NCBI GenBank assembly: GCA_023213395.1
Contig: CM041465.1
Location: 153,519,741 to 153,583,740, forward strand
Origin: Cycas panzhihuaensis
Lineage: Eukaryota; Plantae; Cycadophyta
DNA length: 64,000 nt
Direction: 5' to 3'
Shown one piece after another: positions 39,046 to 52,293 of the stretch. The notes under the pieces are model-generated. The model saw nothing but the letters and a program-made list of their open reading frames with translations, was not told the origin of the DNA and did no database searches. Both the position numbers and the translations under genes were made by a program. How positions within the stretch are numbered: position 1 is the stretch's first letter; the number at the start of each line of letters is the position of its first letter.

Positions 39046-42000
39046 CCCATAGATGTATGGAGTATATTAGAAAAGCTCCATGAATTATCACTCACACTTA
39101 TCCACTATCCTCTTTCCTTACTTCATCTCATTGAAGGTTTTTATCTTATACTTAAAATATTAGTAAAATGGATACTTTTATTTAAAGTACTTAATAAATT
39201 TATTCTAACTCATTTATCTTTTTTTAAGGTCCTCTACCTTCTTGTGATGTTATTAGTACAAAGATACTTTTTCTATCATGTTATATGTAATAATTTTTAC
39301 CTTCTCATTGGAGTTGAGTTTATTCAAATTAAAGTAGTTCTTGATCTTAAGCAACATGTCTCAACTTCATCTCCACTCTTGATTTCTCCATATTTAGAGT
39401 TCATTATTTTACCTCTATGCTTACCTTATCTTAGTCTTAGAGATTTTTTGAAAGGTTCACTACTTATAGAGCAATGTTCTTCACTAAAATTTTAAATCAT
39501 TCTCTTAGTTCTTTTACTTGAATGCTTATGAGTTGAAGGTTCTTATAATCAACATCTTCTTTCATCGCTTCCTACTGCTTTGAATTATTTTAGTATACTT
39601 TCAATGGTTTGGCTGATGTTGTAAAGCATAAATTTATTATTCTTTAAGATTATTTGTTTATTTTGTTTGTGTACTTTTAGTAACTCTTATAAGCTATAAA
39701 GCGGTCTTCATTGATGCCATTGTAATGTTTTTTATAGATTCCTCCATATCTTGGGAATTCCTCTATGCCTATTCCTTTAGAGGTAGGGTCTTGTTAAACT
39801 GCTCACCCTATTCAGGTATCATTGCTATTCAACATCATTTCTCTTCTCATCATAATTCTTGCTTCACTTATATGAGGTTTTTCTAAGACTTTATAGTTTT
39901 CATTCAAGCTCTTAAGCTTAACCTTAAAACTTTGTCAAATTCTCGACTAGTTTTGTAAGTTTGAAACTTGGCACCTTTTATATCCTCTTTTGCATATATA
40001 AAATTCATCGTTGAAAATTTGATACAAACCTATCAAGAACCCTCTAAAATACCCTCTTACAAAGGGCTCCTATGACTTCGCTTTGATGGATCTCATCATA
40101 GTTACCTAAAAAGGTTAGTGCCAACTATTTAAAATTGAATTTATGGAGTTTTATTAGAGTAGAGATCACATAGTCGAATTGTCCTAATGGATGTGACAAG
40201 TTAACGAAAATAGTGGTACTTCACACCTATACCTAAATTTCTTTTACTAATGATAGTAATACAAATATACAAGAAAGAAATATATTGTATTCATTGCTGA
40301 GTTATTTTATAAATGATAGAATAAAGAAAAGAATCAAACTAGATTACCTAGATGGATTCACTCCCTGACCTTTCCAAATCATAAGAAGGAAGTTTCCCTA
40401 GAGCTAAGATGAATCATATGAGTGTTGGAATACTTTAGTGTCTCTCTTGACATAGTCCCCAAGCTTTTCCCTTCATAAATATCTTATTTAGAAATCTAAT
40501 CGATAAGTAGTTGCTATTGAAATATTTTATTCTTCCACACCATGCATGTCTTTCAAGATATAATTAGGAGATTCTATACTTCATATAATTCATTATTAGA
40601 TCAATCTCATTGGACTACCTCATTATGTGACCCACTATGTTAGCTTTGGACATCTCTCTTGATAATCTACTTAGAATTTAGACTCTAATTCCATGTTTAA
40701 GTCTTTTATGGTTATCCCTTTCTTTTGTTCATCTTCCCTACCTCAAAAATCCTCTGACACTCCTAACCTCTTTTACTAGGTTGGTTAAACTCTTCACCTT
40801 CCTAAGGAGCAGTGCATACAATGATGTAAACAATATTACCTATAATATTATTCATAGTTATTCATTTTGAAGCAGTGTCCACAAGCTTTATGTCTATCTA
40901 GAAAAAATATCTTCACATAGGGTGTTCTAGTGGCCATTATCTATTAGGAATTTCCATTGCAAGAAAGAAAGTTATAAGTGAAATTATGAATGTTAACTAA
41001 TTGCGTTTTGCTTAAAAAAATTGACCAAAAAAGTCTAGACATGAAAACAATAAACATGAATGTCTTAATAAAGATACTAGCTTTAAATGATAATAGGTTT
41101 CTTATATAATGTTTGATTTTTGGTCTCTACCCTATTGGAAAGCTTTTGACATGGCCTTCATAATGGAATAATTATTCGAGGATGAGAAATAATTTAGTAT
41201 GATGTTTTATCCCTTTGAAGTTATCACCCTAATGAGTTTCTCCAAATTTGTAATTAGTAAGGTTATAAACCTACAAATGTGTTTTTTGATAACATTTTTG
41301 TCTAGCGTCTATTTTAGGACTTCTTGCTCTTATTTCAAAGGTATTAAAACAAGCTATAATAAGACATATACTTCCCATCACCAGGTCTCACCAGTTTAGA
41401 GAAAAAACTCTATAACACTTTGCTCCTTCACGGTTGTATCACTTGAAGAGAAAATAAAATCCTTACAACTTTTGACTTCCATATCTTTCTCATCAAGTGC
41501 TCGTTTTATGACTTCCACTAGTTTTTTTAAAGATAAATATAACATCCTAAAGCTCGTAGAATTGTTTTTTATAAAATATAACTTAAATAATAAAATATAT
41601 TACTCTAAAAAAGTTATTAAATTTTAGATTTATAATGACCATTCCCTTACAATGGTTTTCATATACTTTTTACTCATTCATGTCATGTGCTTCCACTTAC
41701 AAATTGTACATATGAAAATTTTGGGTACTTCCATATTATTCAAGAAATAATAGATATGGAAAGAGACATCTAACTTGTATCCTAATATCAAAAACATACT
41801 AACTAATCTAGTAAACCATAAATGATACATCCTCATACTTGGTGGAGAATGAAATAAGATTCTAACTTACATAAGATGGATAAATCTTTGAAGTGAATAA
41901 AATTTACATATATAGTTGAGAAGTGACCTAACTAAGAAGGATAAGAAATTAAGTATAGTTGAAGTCTTTATAAATAACCCTTTTATGTTTCTTTGGAAAA

Positions 42001-45000
42001 TAAACTCTGTTAATCATCTCCTTAAATTGATGAACTCTAAGAACATGGATGTTTTAGAATTTAACCTAAAAAGCTTAGTTCACTATAATACTTTTATATT
42101 TAATCCCCTTTCTCAATCACTTCATGCACTACCCTTAGTTATGATGGAAGCCTCTAAATCAAGATTTATTTGTAAATTCCCTCTTATAAGTAGTATGTTA
42201 TGATCCTCTACCATATAAGGTTGCTCTTATTATCCCACATGCATAAGTCCAACAGATAGTGCCTTAATAACCCCACATATATATGTAATGTATAAGTGGA
42301 AACATCATTCAATATTTATGATCTTATGTTAATGAATATTCTTTGTAACTTCATCTCCTCTTTATCTTTTATGTATGAATTTCTCTTTATATTTCTATAT
42401 ATTAAATGGTTATAGGAATAGGTCCATTACAATTGGTATTAGAGTGGTGATCCGAAGATATTGTTAAGGGTTTGAAAGCATATTTAAGAGAACAAACATT
42501 GAAATTTCTAAAAATAATGGTGAATATGAGACAAAATAGATCGTACTATAAATTTTAAATGGTCACGCTATAGATCTTTAGGTGAAAGTATGAAAATTAC
42601 AACAGATTTAATTTTAGACTACTTTTCTGTCACCATAATTTTGGGACAAATTTGCTACCTCAAATTCAAAGAGACATAAGTTTAAATATACATATCTAAA
42701 TGACCCTATTTTTTTTTTCATTCTCACAAGATTTCTTAATTTACTTTCAAATGAAAGTTATTTAAACTCAATTAGAGTTTGGAGAAAAGAGTTATTACTA
42801 TTTTACTAGTAGCCATTATTATAGTCCCTAGAAGCCCTAACAATAAATTTCTTAAAAGGGTTATAAATTTTGACCTAGATATCAGAATTTGATTTTGTCC
42901 AAACCATTAAAATTATATTTCAATGATTGTCATTTTAATCTATACTTTATGTATTTTTTAGCTATATTTTCTAGAATTTTATTTTTTTTAATTTAAGGGT
43001 TTGATATTGTACCTTTCTTGGTCATTTAAACTTTGGTCATAACACCATGAATCTTGAGGCCTAATATATATTTTTATATTAAAAATAGAGGATAACAGGC
43101 CATATACACCCCCTAATCTCTCCCACATCTATATTATCATGTCTATAGAAAGGAACATACTTCAGATATTTAATATTGATATGACTGCTTTCTATAGATG
43201 ACTAGGTTGGAGACATGCATGTATGTTTAGAAGTATTTGATGCTAATTATAGAAAATGTGAAGAGATACTTAAAATTAGCTTATTATATATACAAAGAGA
43301 GACTTGCCTTTGGTTTAACGAGTGGTATGGATCTATGCCATTCAAAATAATTTCTAGGTTACACCTTAATATCTATAAGAAATATGATGTTTCTTAGAAT
43401 CAAATGCAATGCCTTGAGAAAGATAAATAAGAAGCTCATTAAATACTTGAGACGATAGTCATAAGGTAAGATAAGAAATTTTCCTAGTACTCAAAGTCAA
43501 GAAGAGAAGAAAGATGATGAGGGAGAAAAGAATGTCAAGAGAAAGTAATAGAAGTTCTTTGTCACTCCACACCACCAATCGCATCCAAGGAAAATAAAGA
43601 AAAGACATCACCAATAATTGAAAGACAAACTAAAATAGGATCATGCTGACATCCACATTATCAAGAGGTTTAGTATGATAAAACTTATTAGGCAAAGCCC
43701 TCATCAACTACATACACTAGGCAAGTAGAACATTTGATCTTAAGGTTTCAAAGTTATAAATATCTAGGGCATATTAGAGGACATCTAGAATGTACTAAAA
43801 TCAACTTAAAATGGATAGATCCCCATTCCATAGATAACTTTTTTAATGTCCTTTATAAGAGCTATCAATTAAATATTAATAATGGAGGTGGTTGTATATA
43901 TCATTATATCAGGATGCTTAAAAGATGAAACATTTTAAAGGGAAGGGCATGTTATGACCTTACATCATATAAGGTTACTCGTATTGTAATTATCCTACAA
44001 GCATAAGTCCAATAGATGTGTAGTATTAATAGCCCTAGATATATCTATGTAATGTATGAGTGGCATCATCACTGAGTATTTCTAATATTATGATAATGAA
44101 TATTCCTTGGAACTTCATCTCCTTCTTTGTATTTTATCTATTATTTTCTTTCTATTTGTTTATTTTAAATGTTTATAGGAATAGGTCTATTACATACTAC
44201 GTAAGCATCCACCCTCCTTGTAGCTAATTCATTAATATAAGAGGATGACCCTCCAAAAGCTAGTATGGAAGTTCATCTTCATTAGTGATTACTCTCATTC
44301 CTTCTCTTTTAATAAATGTAAACTTATATCATTTCTTAGAATGTTAGGATACGCCCTTTTACTATAAGTACAAGAACTTTAAGGAACTGTATGTTATCAA
44401 AAGTAGGTGTTCTTGGTTTTCTAACTATTTAGAAATGTAGACATGTTGAAATAAGCTATCTTATATAATTTATTTCTTTCAAGCATTAAAGAATTTTGAT
44501 TCACTAAATTACCCTCTACGTTTAAGTGTTATGGCTCTCAATTTAGCAAATCACTTATTTAAATTTAGTAGACTTCTACTCTCTAGCCCTCCAAATAAAT
44601 TTCTACTCCATCATCTTTTCTCCATCTTTCATCAAAGTTTTTAATGGGAACATATTCTCAAGCAGATAATTTCCTAACTTAGAGGGTGTAGATAGTTATC
44701 AAGGAAATTAATCTTCTTCAAGTCTATCTTGTAATATTTCCTTATTTTGTTAGTTGCTTATCCCTTAGATTCCTTAATCTAAGCTCATGAAGTGGATGCT
44801 CATGTATATTTACTTAAATATGAATCTATAAAAGCTTGGGGTGTGTATGCCCATTATTCCTTGTAGAGTCAACTATTATGAAGGGCCATGTTCATATATA
44901 TCCATGTGTTTAAATATTAGTCTATATAGTCTCTTTCAGATTTATTTTTAAGACCATGTAGATGTATTTTAGGTAATGTTAGTTCCATTGCTTGATTTCA

Positions 45001-45857
45001 TCACGCATTATGAAGGTCATGAAATTTCCCTTTATTCTCTCACATGTAGATGTGATAATGGGTCCTATGAGTGGCTAGCAATTTACAACTACATAAATAT
45101 TTGTCATGGCATTTCTTACTTTTGTTTCCTTATGCCAGGCCTAATGACAAGCTTTATAAGTGGATAGAACTATGCAACTGCTATAATGATTAGCATTTTA
45201 TTGGCACATATGTTTCCCCAAAGAAGCATTGGTATTCTTAATAGATTTCATATCAAAGTTAACAACTATAACCACAATAAATATGTCTCAATACTATTCC
45301 TTTTAGTTTGTTGATTATTTCTCTCTTTATTTTGCTCCTAAGATGACATTGTATAATGGTATTTGTTCTTTATTAAACTTCTATAAGAAGCACAATATTG
45401 ATCCATTTAATGATTGATAAGTAGCAACTATAGAATGAAGCATTATGTTGGAAACTATTTAAGGAAAATTAATAATATACAATTTGTTATTCCTAAGCAT
45501 TGGTTAAATCCACATAAGCAACCTCTACTCTCTTGGTATTATCATTTTGAACATGTAGACCAATTTATTATAAGATGTGTTAAACTAAGTACTAGGAGTA
45601 ACTAATGTATACGATAAACATGTACCTTCAAACTATAGTTTATCACTACTAACATAGTCTAACAAGTATAAAGCAATGGATTATATACGTATTTATGGTA
45701 CTTATAAAATAAAGTCCTTTGTGTATGATGGTTGTGGTCATGAAGAGATTCAATCCATTCTAGATAATCTCCATTAGAATTAAAATATAAATTTATGGAT
45801 TTACATGTGATTTAGATAACAACATACAAAGCTTGAAATAAGGTCTAAGGCATGACA
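39046..45857 (-). repeat. Old 'host' repeat family H (degenerate coding-like sequence), interrupted by element A
   Basis: Homologous to 17934-21745, 49600-51785 and 1-1206 plus 3790-5448. It continues on the other side of element B (33692-34268). Confidence 0.8.
42196..44194 (+). mobile_element. Small (2.0 kb) non-autonomous LTR element A, probably a gypsy deletion derivative
   Basis: LTRs 42196-42431 and 43950-44194 (TGTTATGA...ATTACA, visibly diverged), PBS tggtattagag (42434-42444), PPT aaagggaagggca (43937-43949), TSD tagta/tacta. Empty sites near 21328 and 50417. Weak gag-like ORF at 43215-43397. Confidence 0.88.
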
Positions 45858-47973
45858 TATAATATTTTCCTAAACTCTACAATAATTTTCTTATAAAAAT
45901 TAAAACTATGTCAAAATAATTTCTATCAAATCAAGAGTGGGATTCTATCTAAAGCAGTAAGACCTGCAAAATAGGACCATTAACTTGGCAAGTGCATTGT
46001 ATCTCAATCTTAAGTTAATATCTCTGATCGATTTGAGGGAGGTATTAAAAAACACCAGGGAGGTATTCCCATCACTTTTATAAGTGAATTTAGGGAGGCA
46101 ACAAGCACCTCAACCCAACCTGTCCAAAATTCAAATTAGTATTAAAAGATAATAAGCAATAAATGAACACATACCTTAATAGTAATCCATCAGCGTCTTG
46201 GGTGGCTTGTGGTGGTCAATTATGTGGCCCAAAGTGCTCTAGGGAGCCCCAAAGTTGGCTTTGAGGGGATCTAGGTACACGTTAGTAAAAATCCATTGGG
46301 TATTATCCCAACATTCTCCCCCATAATGACTAATATGAATAACTCCCAAATTGTCTCTAAATTTTTGGAATTTAACTTTGCTCAATGCTTTTTTGAAGAT
46401 ATCTGCTACTTGGTATTCAAGCTACAATAGGCTAATTTAATCTCTTCTACTTGCACTAGTTCTTAAATGAACTGATGTTGAGTCTTAATGTGTTTTGTTC
46501 TGCAATGAAAAATTAGATTTTTTGCCATCTGAATAGTTCTTTGATTATCACACCAAATTCTTGTAGCACATTTTTGTTTTAACTAAAAATCTTATAGTAG
46601 TCTTCTCAACCAAACTGATTCACATGTACTTGCAACCACTACTTTGTACCGCCTTAATTGTTGATAGGGAAACTATGTTCTGTTTCTTAGTACTCCATAC
46701 TACAACTATTGATCCCATATTAAACATATAACTTGATGTTGATTTCCTATCAACAATATCTCCTACCTAATTCAAGTTTGTATAACCTATCAACTGAAAT
46801 TTTGATGAAGCTTTATAGTATAACCTATATTCTGAAGTTCCTTTGAGATAAAGGAGAATTCTTTTTGCTACTTGCTAATGGGTGGTCTTTGGATCTTACA
46901 TAAATCTAAATGCAGCACTGACTAGGTGTGTTATATCAGGTCAAGTGGATGTCAAATATATCAAGCTACTGATTACTTGTCTATAGAGTGTAGGGTCTAC
47001 TAATCTAGAATCATATAACTTTGAGAGCTTAATTCTAGTTTCTGCTAGAGTTTCCAAAGGTTTACAATCAGTCACTCTAAACTTTTTTAATAAATCTAGG
47101 GTATATTTTCGTTAGGAGATGAAAATGCCTTTCTTGCTTATCCATACTTCCAACCCTAGGAAGTAGTACATTAGTCTCAAATCTATCATCTCAAATTGTT
47201 TACACATAGAATCCTTAAAGTGTCACAACAAGTGGGACTCATTTCTAGTATATACAAGATCATCCACATAAAGCCTTACTATTAGGATTGAGTCTCCCTT
47301 GATTTGAATGTAAAGATTAGGATCTACTTTAAATCTTTCAAAACCTTGATCTTTAAAGTATTTGTCTAAGTGTGAATAGCAGGCACTGGGTGCTTGTTTC
47401 AGTCCATAGAGTGCTTTTTGAAGTTTATAAACTTTGTTTTCTGCCCCCTTGACTTCAAAACCAAGGGGTTAAGAGATATAAATATCCTCTTTGATATAGT
47501 CATTGACGAAGACACTTTTAGGGTACATCTGGTAGACTTTCTAACCCATTTGGGTGGCTAAGATCATCATCATTTTAATTCTTTCTATCTGAGTAACAAG
47601 GGAAAAAGTCTCATTTAATCAATGCCTTCTTTTTGGGCATAACCATTAGCAACTAATCTATTTATCAATAGATCTATCCGAGCAAAACTTGGTTTTGTAG
47701 ATCCATTTAGTGCCAATAGCCTTTATATTTAGAGGTAAGTTGACTAACTCCAAAGTGTTATTTTTAACAATAAAATTGTATTTATCTTCCATTGCCTTTC
47801 GCCAAGATGCATGTTTATTAGCCTCATCAAAAGTTTGAGGGTCATGAGATTCTAATACTTTGCTCATGAGGGCAAAATTAACCCTATGTGAGAAGACGGA
47901 TCTATGAATGTTGTCTAATATATTTCCCAAGTCATGATTCTGTTGAATCCATTTTAGAAGATTTTGTGGTGGA
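45858..47973 (-). mobile_element. Second, truncated copy of the copia element (3' LTR, RNase H, RT)
   Basis: LTR ends CCCAACA at 46313 followed by PPT complement. ORF 47658-47987 (DPQTFDEA...WRKAMED...LELVNLP...AIGTKWIYKTK) is the copia RT N-terminus. Colinear with 5449-7382. Confidence 0.92.
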
Positions 47974-47980
47974 ATCCACA

Positions 47981-48548
47981 TAAGCATTGGTTAAATCCAC
48001 AGAAGCAACCTATACTCTCTTAGTATTATTATTTTGAACATGTAGACCAATTTATTATAGGATGTGTTAAACTAAGTACTAGGAGTAATTAATGTATACG
48101 ATAAACATGTACCTTCAAACTATAGTTTATCACTACTAACATAGTCTAACAAGTATAAAGCAATGGTTTATATATGTATTTGTGGTACTTATAAAATAAA
48201 GTCCTTTATGTATGATGGTTGTGGTCATGACGAGATTCAATCCATTCCAAATAATCTCCATTAGAATTAAAATATAAATTTATGGATTTACATGTGATTT
48301 AGATAACAACATACAAAGCTTGAAATAAGGTCTAAGGCATGACATGTAACATTTTCCTAAAATCTACAATAATTTTCTTACAAAATTAAAACTATGTCAA
48401 AATAATTTCTATCAAATCAAGAGTGGGATTCTATCTAAAGTAGTGAGAGGTGCAGAGTAGGACCATTAACTTGGCAAGTGCATTATATCTCAATCTTAAG
48501 TTAATATGTCTGATCGATTTGAGGAGGTGTTAAAAACACCGTGGAGGT
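47981..48548. repeat. Additional copy of 45494-46064 / 5086-5570
   Basis: Colinear match from 'taagcattggttaaatccac' to 'aaacacc...ggaggt'. Confidence 0.92.
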
Positions 48549-49388
48549 GCTAAATTTCTAAGTAAGATATTTATGTACTTTCAATTAAGGAATGGCAATT
48601 CAATATTTTCAACAAAATAAGAAAATTAATTCTAGAAAATAATTAAATTTTATAATTGAATATTTATTAGACAAAAATCAGAAAGAAAAATTCCACCTTA
48701 ATAAAAATAAGTTACCCAAAAGTAATCATATAGATAAAAGAACATACTTTGAAAAATAAATAAAATATCTAATATATTATTATTAAAATCTTATAGATCT
48801 AATTATTTGTTATTTTGTAACATTTCCTTTTACTTCTCCTATTTCTTCCACTTCCTTCTCATGCGCTTAACTCTCTAGACCAAAAACTTTACTTTAAATG
48901 GAAATGGATTATGGTGAAAGACACTAGGCATAGTTGACAATCACTTCTTTGATGTTGATTCACATTCGAGGGGTAGTGGGAAACAAGAAAGTAGAACTTG
49001 AAAACTTATGTGATGATGTCAAAGATCTTATCAGTGTTGCATACCCATAAATCATTATTCAATAATAATGAAGAGGATTTTAGGGTGTTAGAAGAGCTAG
49101 GAATGAGAACATAAAAATATTTATTGGGAAGTGGGGAAGGTAATAAAAATGTAGATTAATGGGTTATAACTATAGGTCCCTAGAGAAACAATAATGTAAT
49201 ACACAAAACACTTAAAGATATATGAATGTGGAGACATAACATATAAAATTGAATAGGGAAATATAAAGCATAAAAGACCTTTTCTTTCGTTAGATTTGAG
49301 CATTAATAATATTATCATAATGTATATCACGTATGATGTATGGAATCATAAGTGATTCAAAAGATTACTATAGACCTATCATTTACAT

Positions 49389-49502
49389 TCATTTTCCATT
49401 GAAAAAATGGTACATCAAAGCTTCCCTAGCAAAATGATACTCATTTGGGCTAGACCTCAATAAATAATCAAAAAACCTAATGAGGACTCCCAATGAGTGG
49501 AT
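49389..49502 (-). pseudogene. Old relic of the LAMMER kinase C-terminus
   Basis: Near-ungapped nucleotide alignment to 52294-52405. Translates VLIRFFDYLLRSSPNEYHFAREALMYHFFNGK* versus ALIDLLRGLLKFDPRERLSAKEALEHHFFKPK*, with the stop at the same position. Confidence 0.8.
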
Positions 49503-49599
49503 AGGGTAATTATCCTTACCTTAGATATCACCCTATTGTTTTCCACATTTATATAATGTGTTCCTACAGATGTATTGTGCATATGAGTAATAAATACTA

Positions 49600-51785
49600 C
49601 ATTGAATATGGTGTTAGGAGAAAGAGACAAGCACCTTATATCCTAATGTAGTAAAAACCCATCACAAATATACTAACTAGTGTGGTAAACCAAAAACTGT
49701 ACATCCTCATGCTTTCTATAGAATGAAATAAGATACTATTTTATGTAGGATAAATAAATATATAAAATGAATAGAAATTATATATATAGTTTAAAAGTGA
49801 TAGATCAAGTGCTTATATATTCCCCTTGTAGATTTATATGGTAACCAAACTCTCTTAATCATCTCTTTAAGCTAGTGAACTCCAAGAGTATGGCATATGA
49901 CATAGTTTATCAAGTTCATCTTAATTAGGTAATATGTGATTTCTTTTTTTTTTATCTATTTCCATATATGATTATTAAATTTGAAAATAAAAGGACATCT
50001 TTAACTCAACTCCCTAATAGTTAAAAGCTCAATTTTATGGATAACCCATAATAATTGTTATCCCTTTCCTTATCTCATATTACGTGTGTAACTCTTACTA
50101 TTCATTCAAAATCAACATTCTCTCACCTTCTATTGCAAATGAATAAGTTTAGAAAAGTAATATTTAATCAATATAACTTTACCAAATAACGTAAACATTA
50201 CATCAAATATTATAAAATTCAATAAGACTATTAATGAGGATAAAAAGTATTTCTTTATTTTAAAATAACTCGTAAAGTTCTATTACCCCTCATCTAGAAT
50301 CTAACCTTTATAACTCATAAAGTTCTACTAGCCCTTACTTAATCTCTTAATAAACTAACCTTAGTTATGATTAAAGCCCCTTAATCAAGATGCATTTATA
50401 GATTCCCTCTTACAAGTACTACATAAGAATCCCCCCCCCCATTCCTTGTATCTAACTTATTAATGGAAAACAATGACCATCTAAAAGTTAATATACAAGT
50501 CCTTTTGTATTGGAAGAAGTTACCCCCAAGCTAGAGTAAATGATATGAATGTTGGAATATTAATGTGTCACTCTTCACATAGTCCCCTAACTTTTCCCTT
50601 CATAAATATCTTATTTAGAAATCTAATTGATAAGTTATTGTTGTTGTTGAAATATTTTATTATACCACACTTCCTGTGAATCACTCTATTAGTTTTCAAC
50701 ATCTCTCTTTTATCATCTATTTAGAATTTGAACTCTAATTTCGTGTCTAAGTTCTCTATGGTTGCCTCTTTCTTTCGTCCATCTTCCCTAATATAAAAAT
50801 ACATAATGTTTCCTAAGTAAACTTTTTCATTTAGCTAGGAAAATTTAATAACAAATAGCAAAAATACCATCTTAAATATATATTAACTATAAAATCTCTT
50901 TATATACATAGATAACCCTTGTAGGGAGATATGAAATAATAATTGGTATATGAAAAAGAGTTAAATATTGAGGGATTTATGGTTATTCTAGTGATGTATT
51001 ATTTCTCTTAAATGCTTCAATATTTTTAGTGAGGTTGTCATAGCTATAAAGAAAGTTTGACTTAAAAGGTTTAACTAAATAAATCTTGACATGAAAAGTA
51101 TAATCATGAAGGTGTCAATAAGAAAGAGACTAGCTTCAAATAACTATAGTTTTCTTATACAATGCTTTATTTTTGAGTTCTACCACTATTGGAAAGCTCT
51201 TGGCATGTCATTCATAATAGAATAATTATTCAAGAATGAGAAATATTTTAATATAATGATTTATCCCTTCAAAGTTATCACCTTGATGAGCTTTTCTAAA
51301 TTGGTATCTCGTGAGGCTAAGAACCTACAAATTTGATTTTTGATGACATTTTTGTGCAATGTCTATTTTTGAACTTCTATCTCTTAGTTTGAAGGTAATA
51401 AGATAATATATAATAAGACGTATACTTCTCATTGGCAGGTCTCATCAATTCAAAGAAAATACTGTATATTGCATTGCTTCTTCATTTTTTTATGAGTGTA
51501 AGAGAAAATAAAATCCTTGCAATTGCTGACTTTTATATATTTCTTATGTAGTGCTAATTTTAGGACATCCATCAGCTTTTCTAAAGATAAATAAACCATC
51601 TTCAAGTTGATAGACTTATTCTTTATAAAATATAACTTATATAGTAAAATATATAACTTTAAAAGAGTTATAATTTTTTTAAATTTATAATGACCCTTCA
51701 CTTACAATACTTCTTCCATATTTTTTACTCATTCATGTCATGTGCTCCCCTATATATTGTACATATCCAATTTGGCTACTTTCAT
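49600..51785 (-). repeat. Host repeat family H, rearranged copy
   Basis: About 49620-50505 matches 20560-21410, about 50512-50790 matches 18805-19165, and about 50805-51785 matches 19555-20535. Confidence 0.82.
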
Positions 51786-52293
51786 GAAATGGATGTAGCC
51801 AAATTGCTTAAATATAAATCTACAAAATCATGGGCAGTGCATGCTTGTCGTTCCTTGTAAAGTTGATCATTATGAGAGGGCCTAGTTTACTAAGTTTTTC
51901 CTAGAAACAAGCTAAGAGAGCTTTGTGATTGATAAAAATGGAGAATGGTCTTGATGAAGATGGCTTCTACTTAAATTTTACAAGGCCTTGGAGATATTAT
52001 GAACCTTGATTTCTTTTGTATATACCAGAAAATAATTTATATCTTCTTGTTGTTTAGAGACTAAAACAAATAATTCTTGGACTAATTTCTAGACATAACG
52101 TTGATGTACTCTAAAGTAAAGAATGGAAGTTCATTATTTTCAATCAAATAAGAAAACTAAGGATAAAAACAATGAAATTTAAGAAAGGACATGTTTGGTA
52201 GGGCAATAAAGAGCCCGAAAGCCGCTTTTCTTTCATTGGTTTTGGACATTACTAACATTGACAACACTACCAGCAACGAGATTTCATCTACGT

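Noticed and set aside
39001-39495. 164-aa hydrophobic ORF
   Set aside because: It starts inside an LTR, crosses the insertion junction and is antisense to decayed H; an AT-rich chance ORF.
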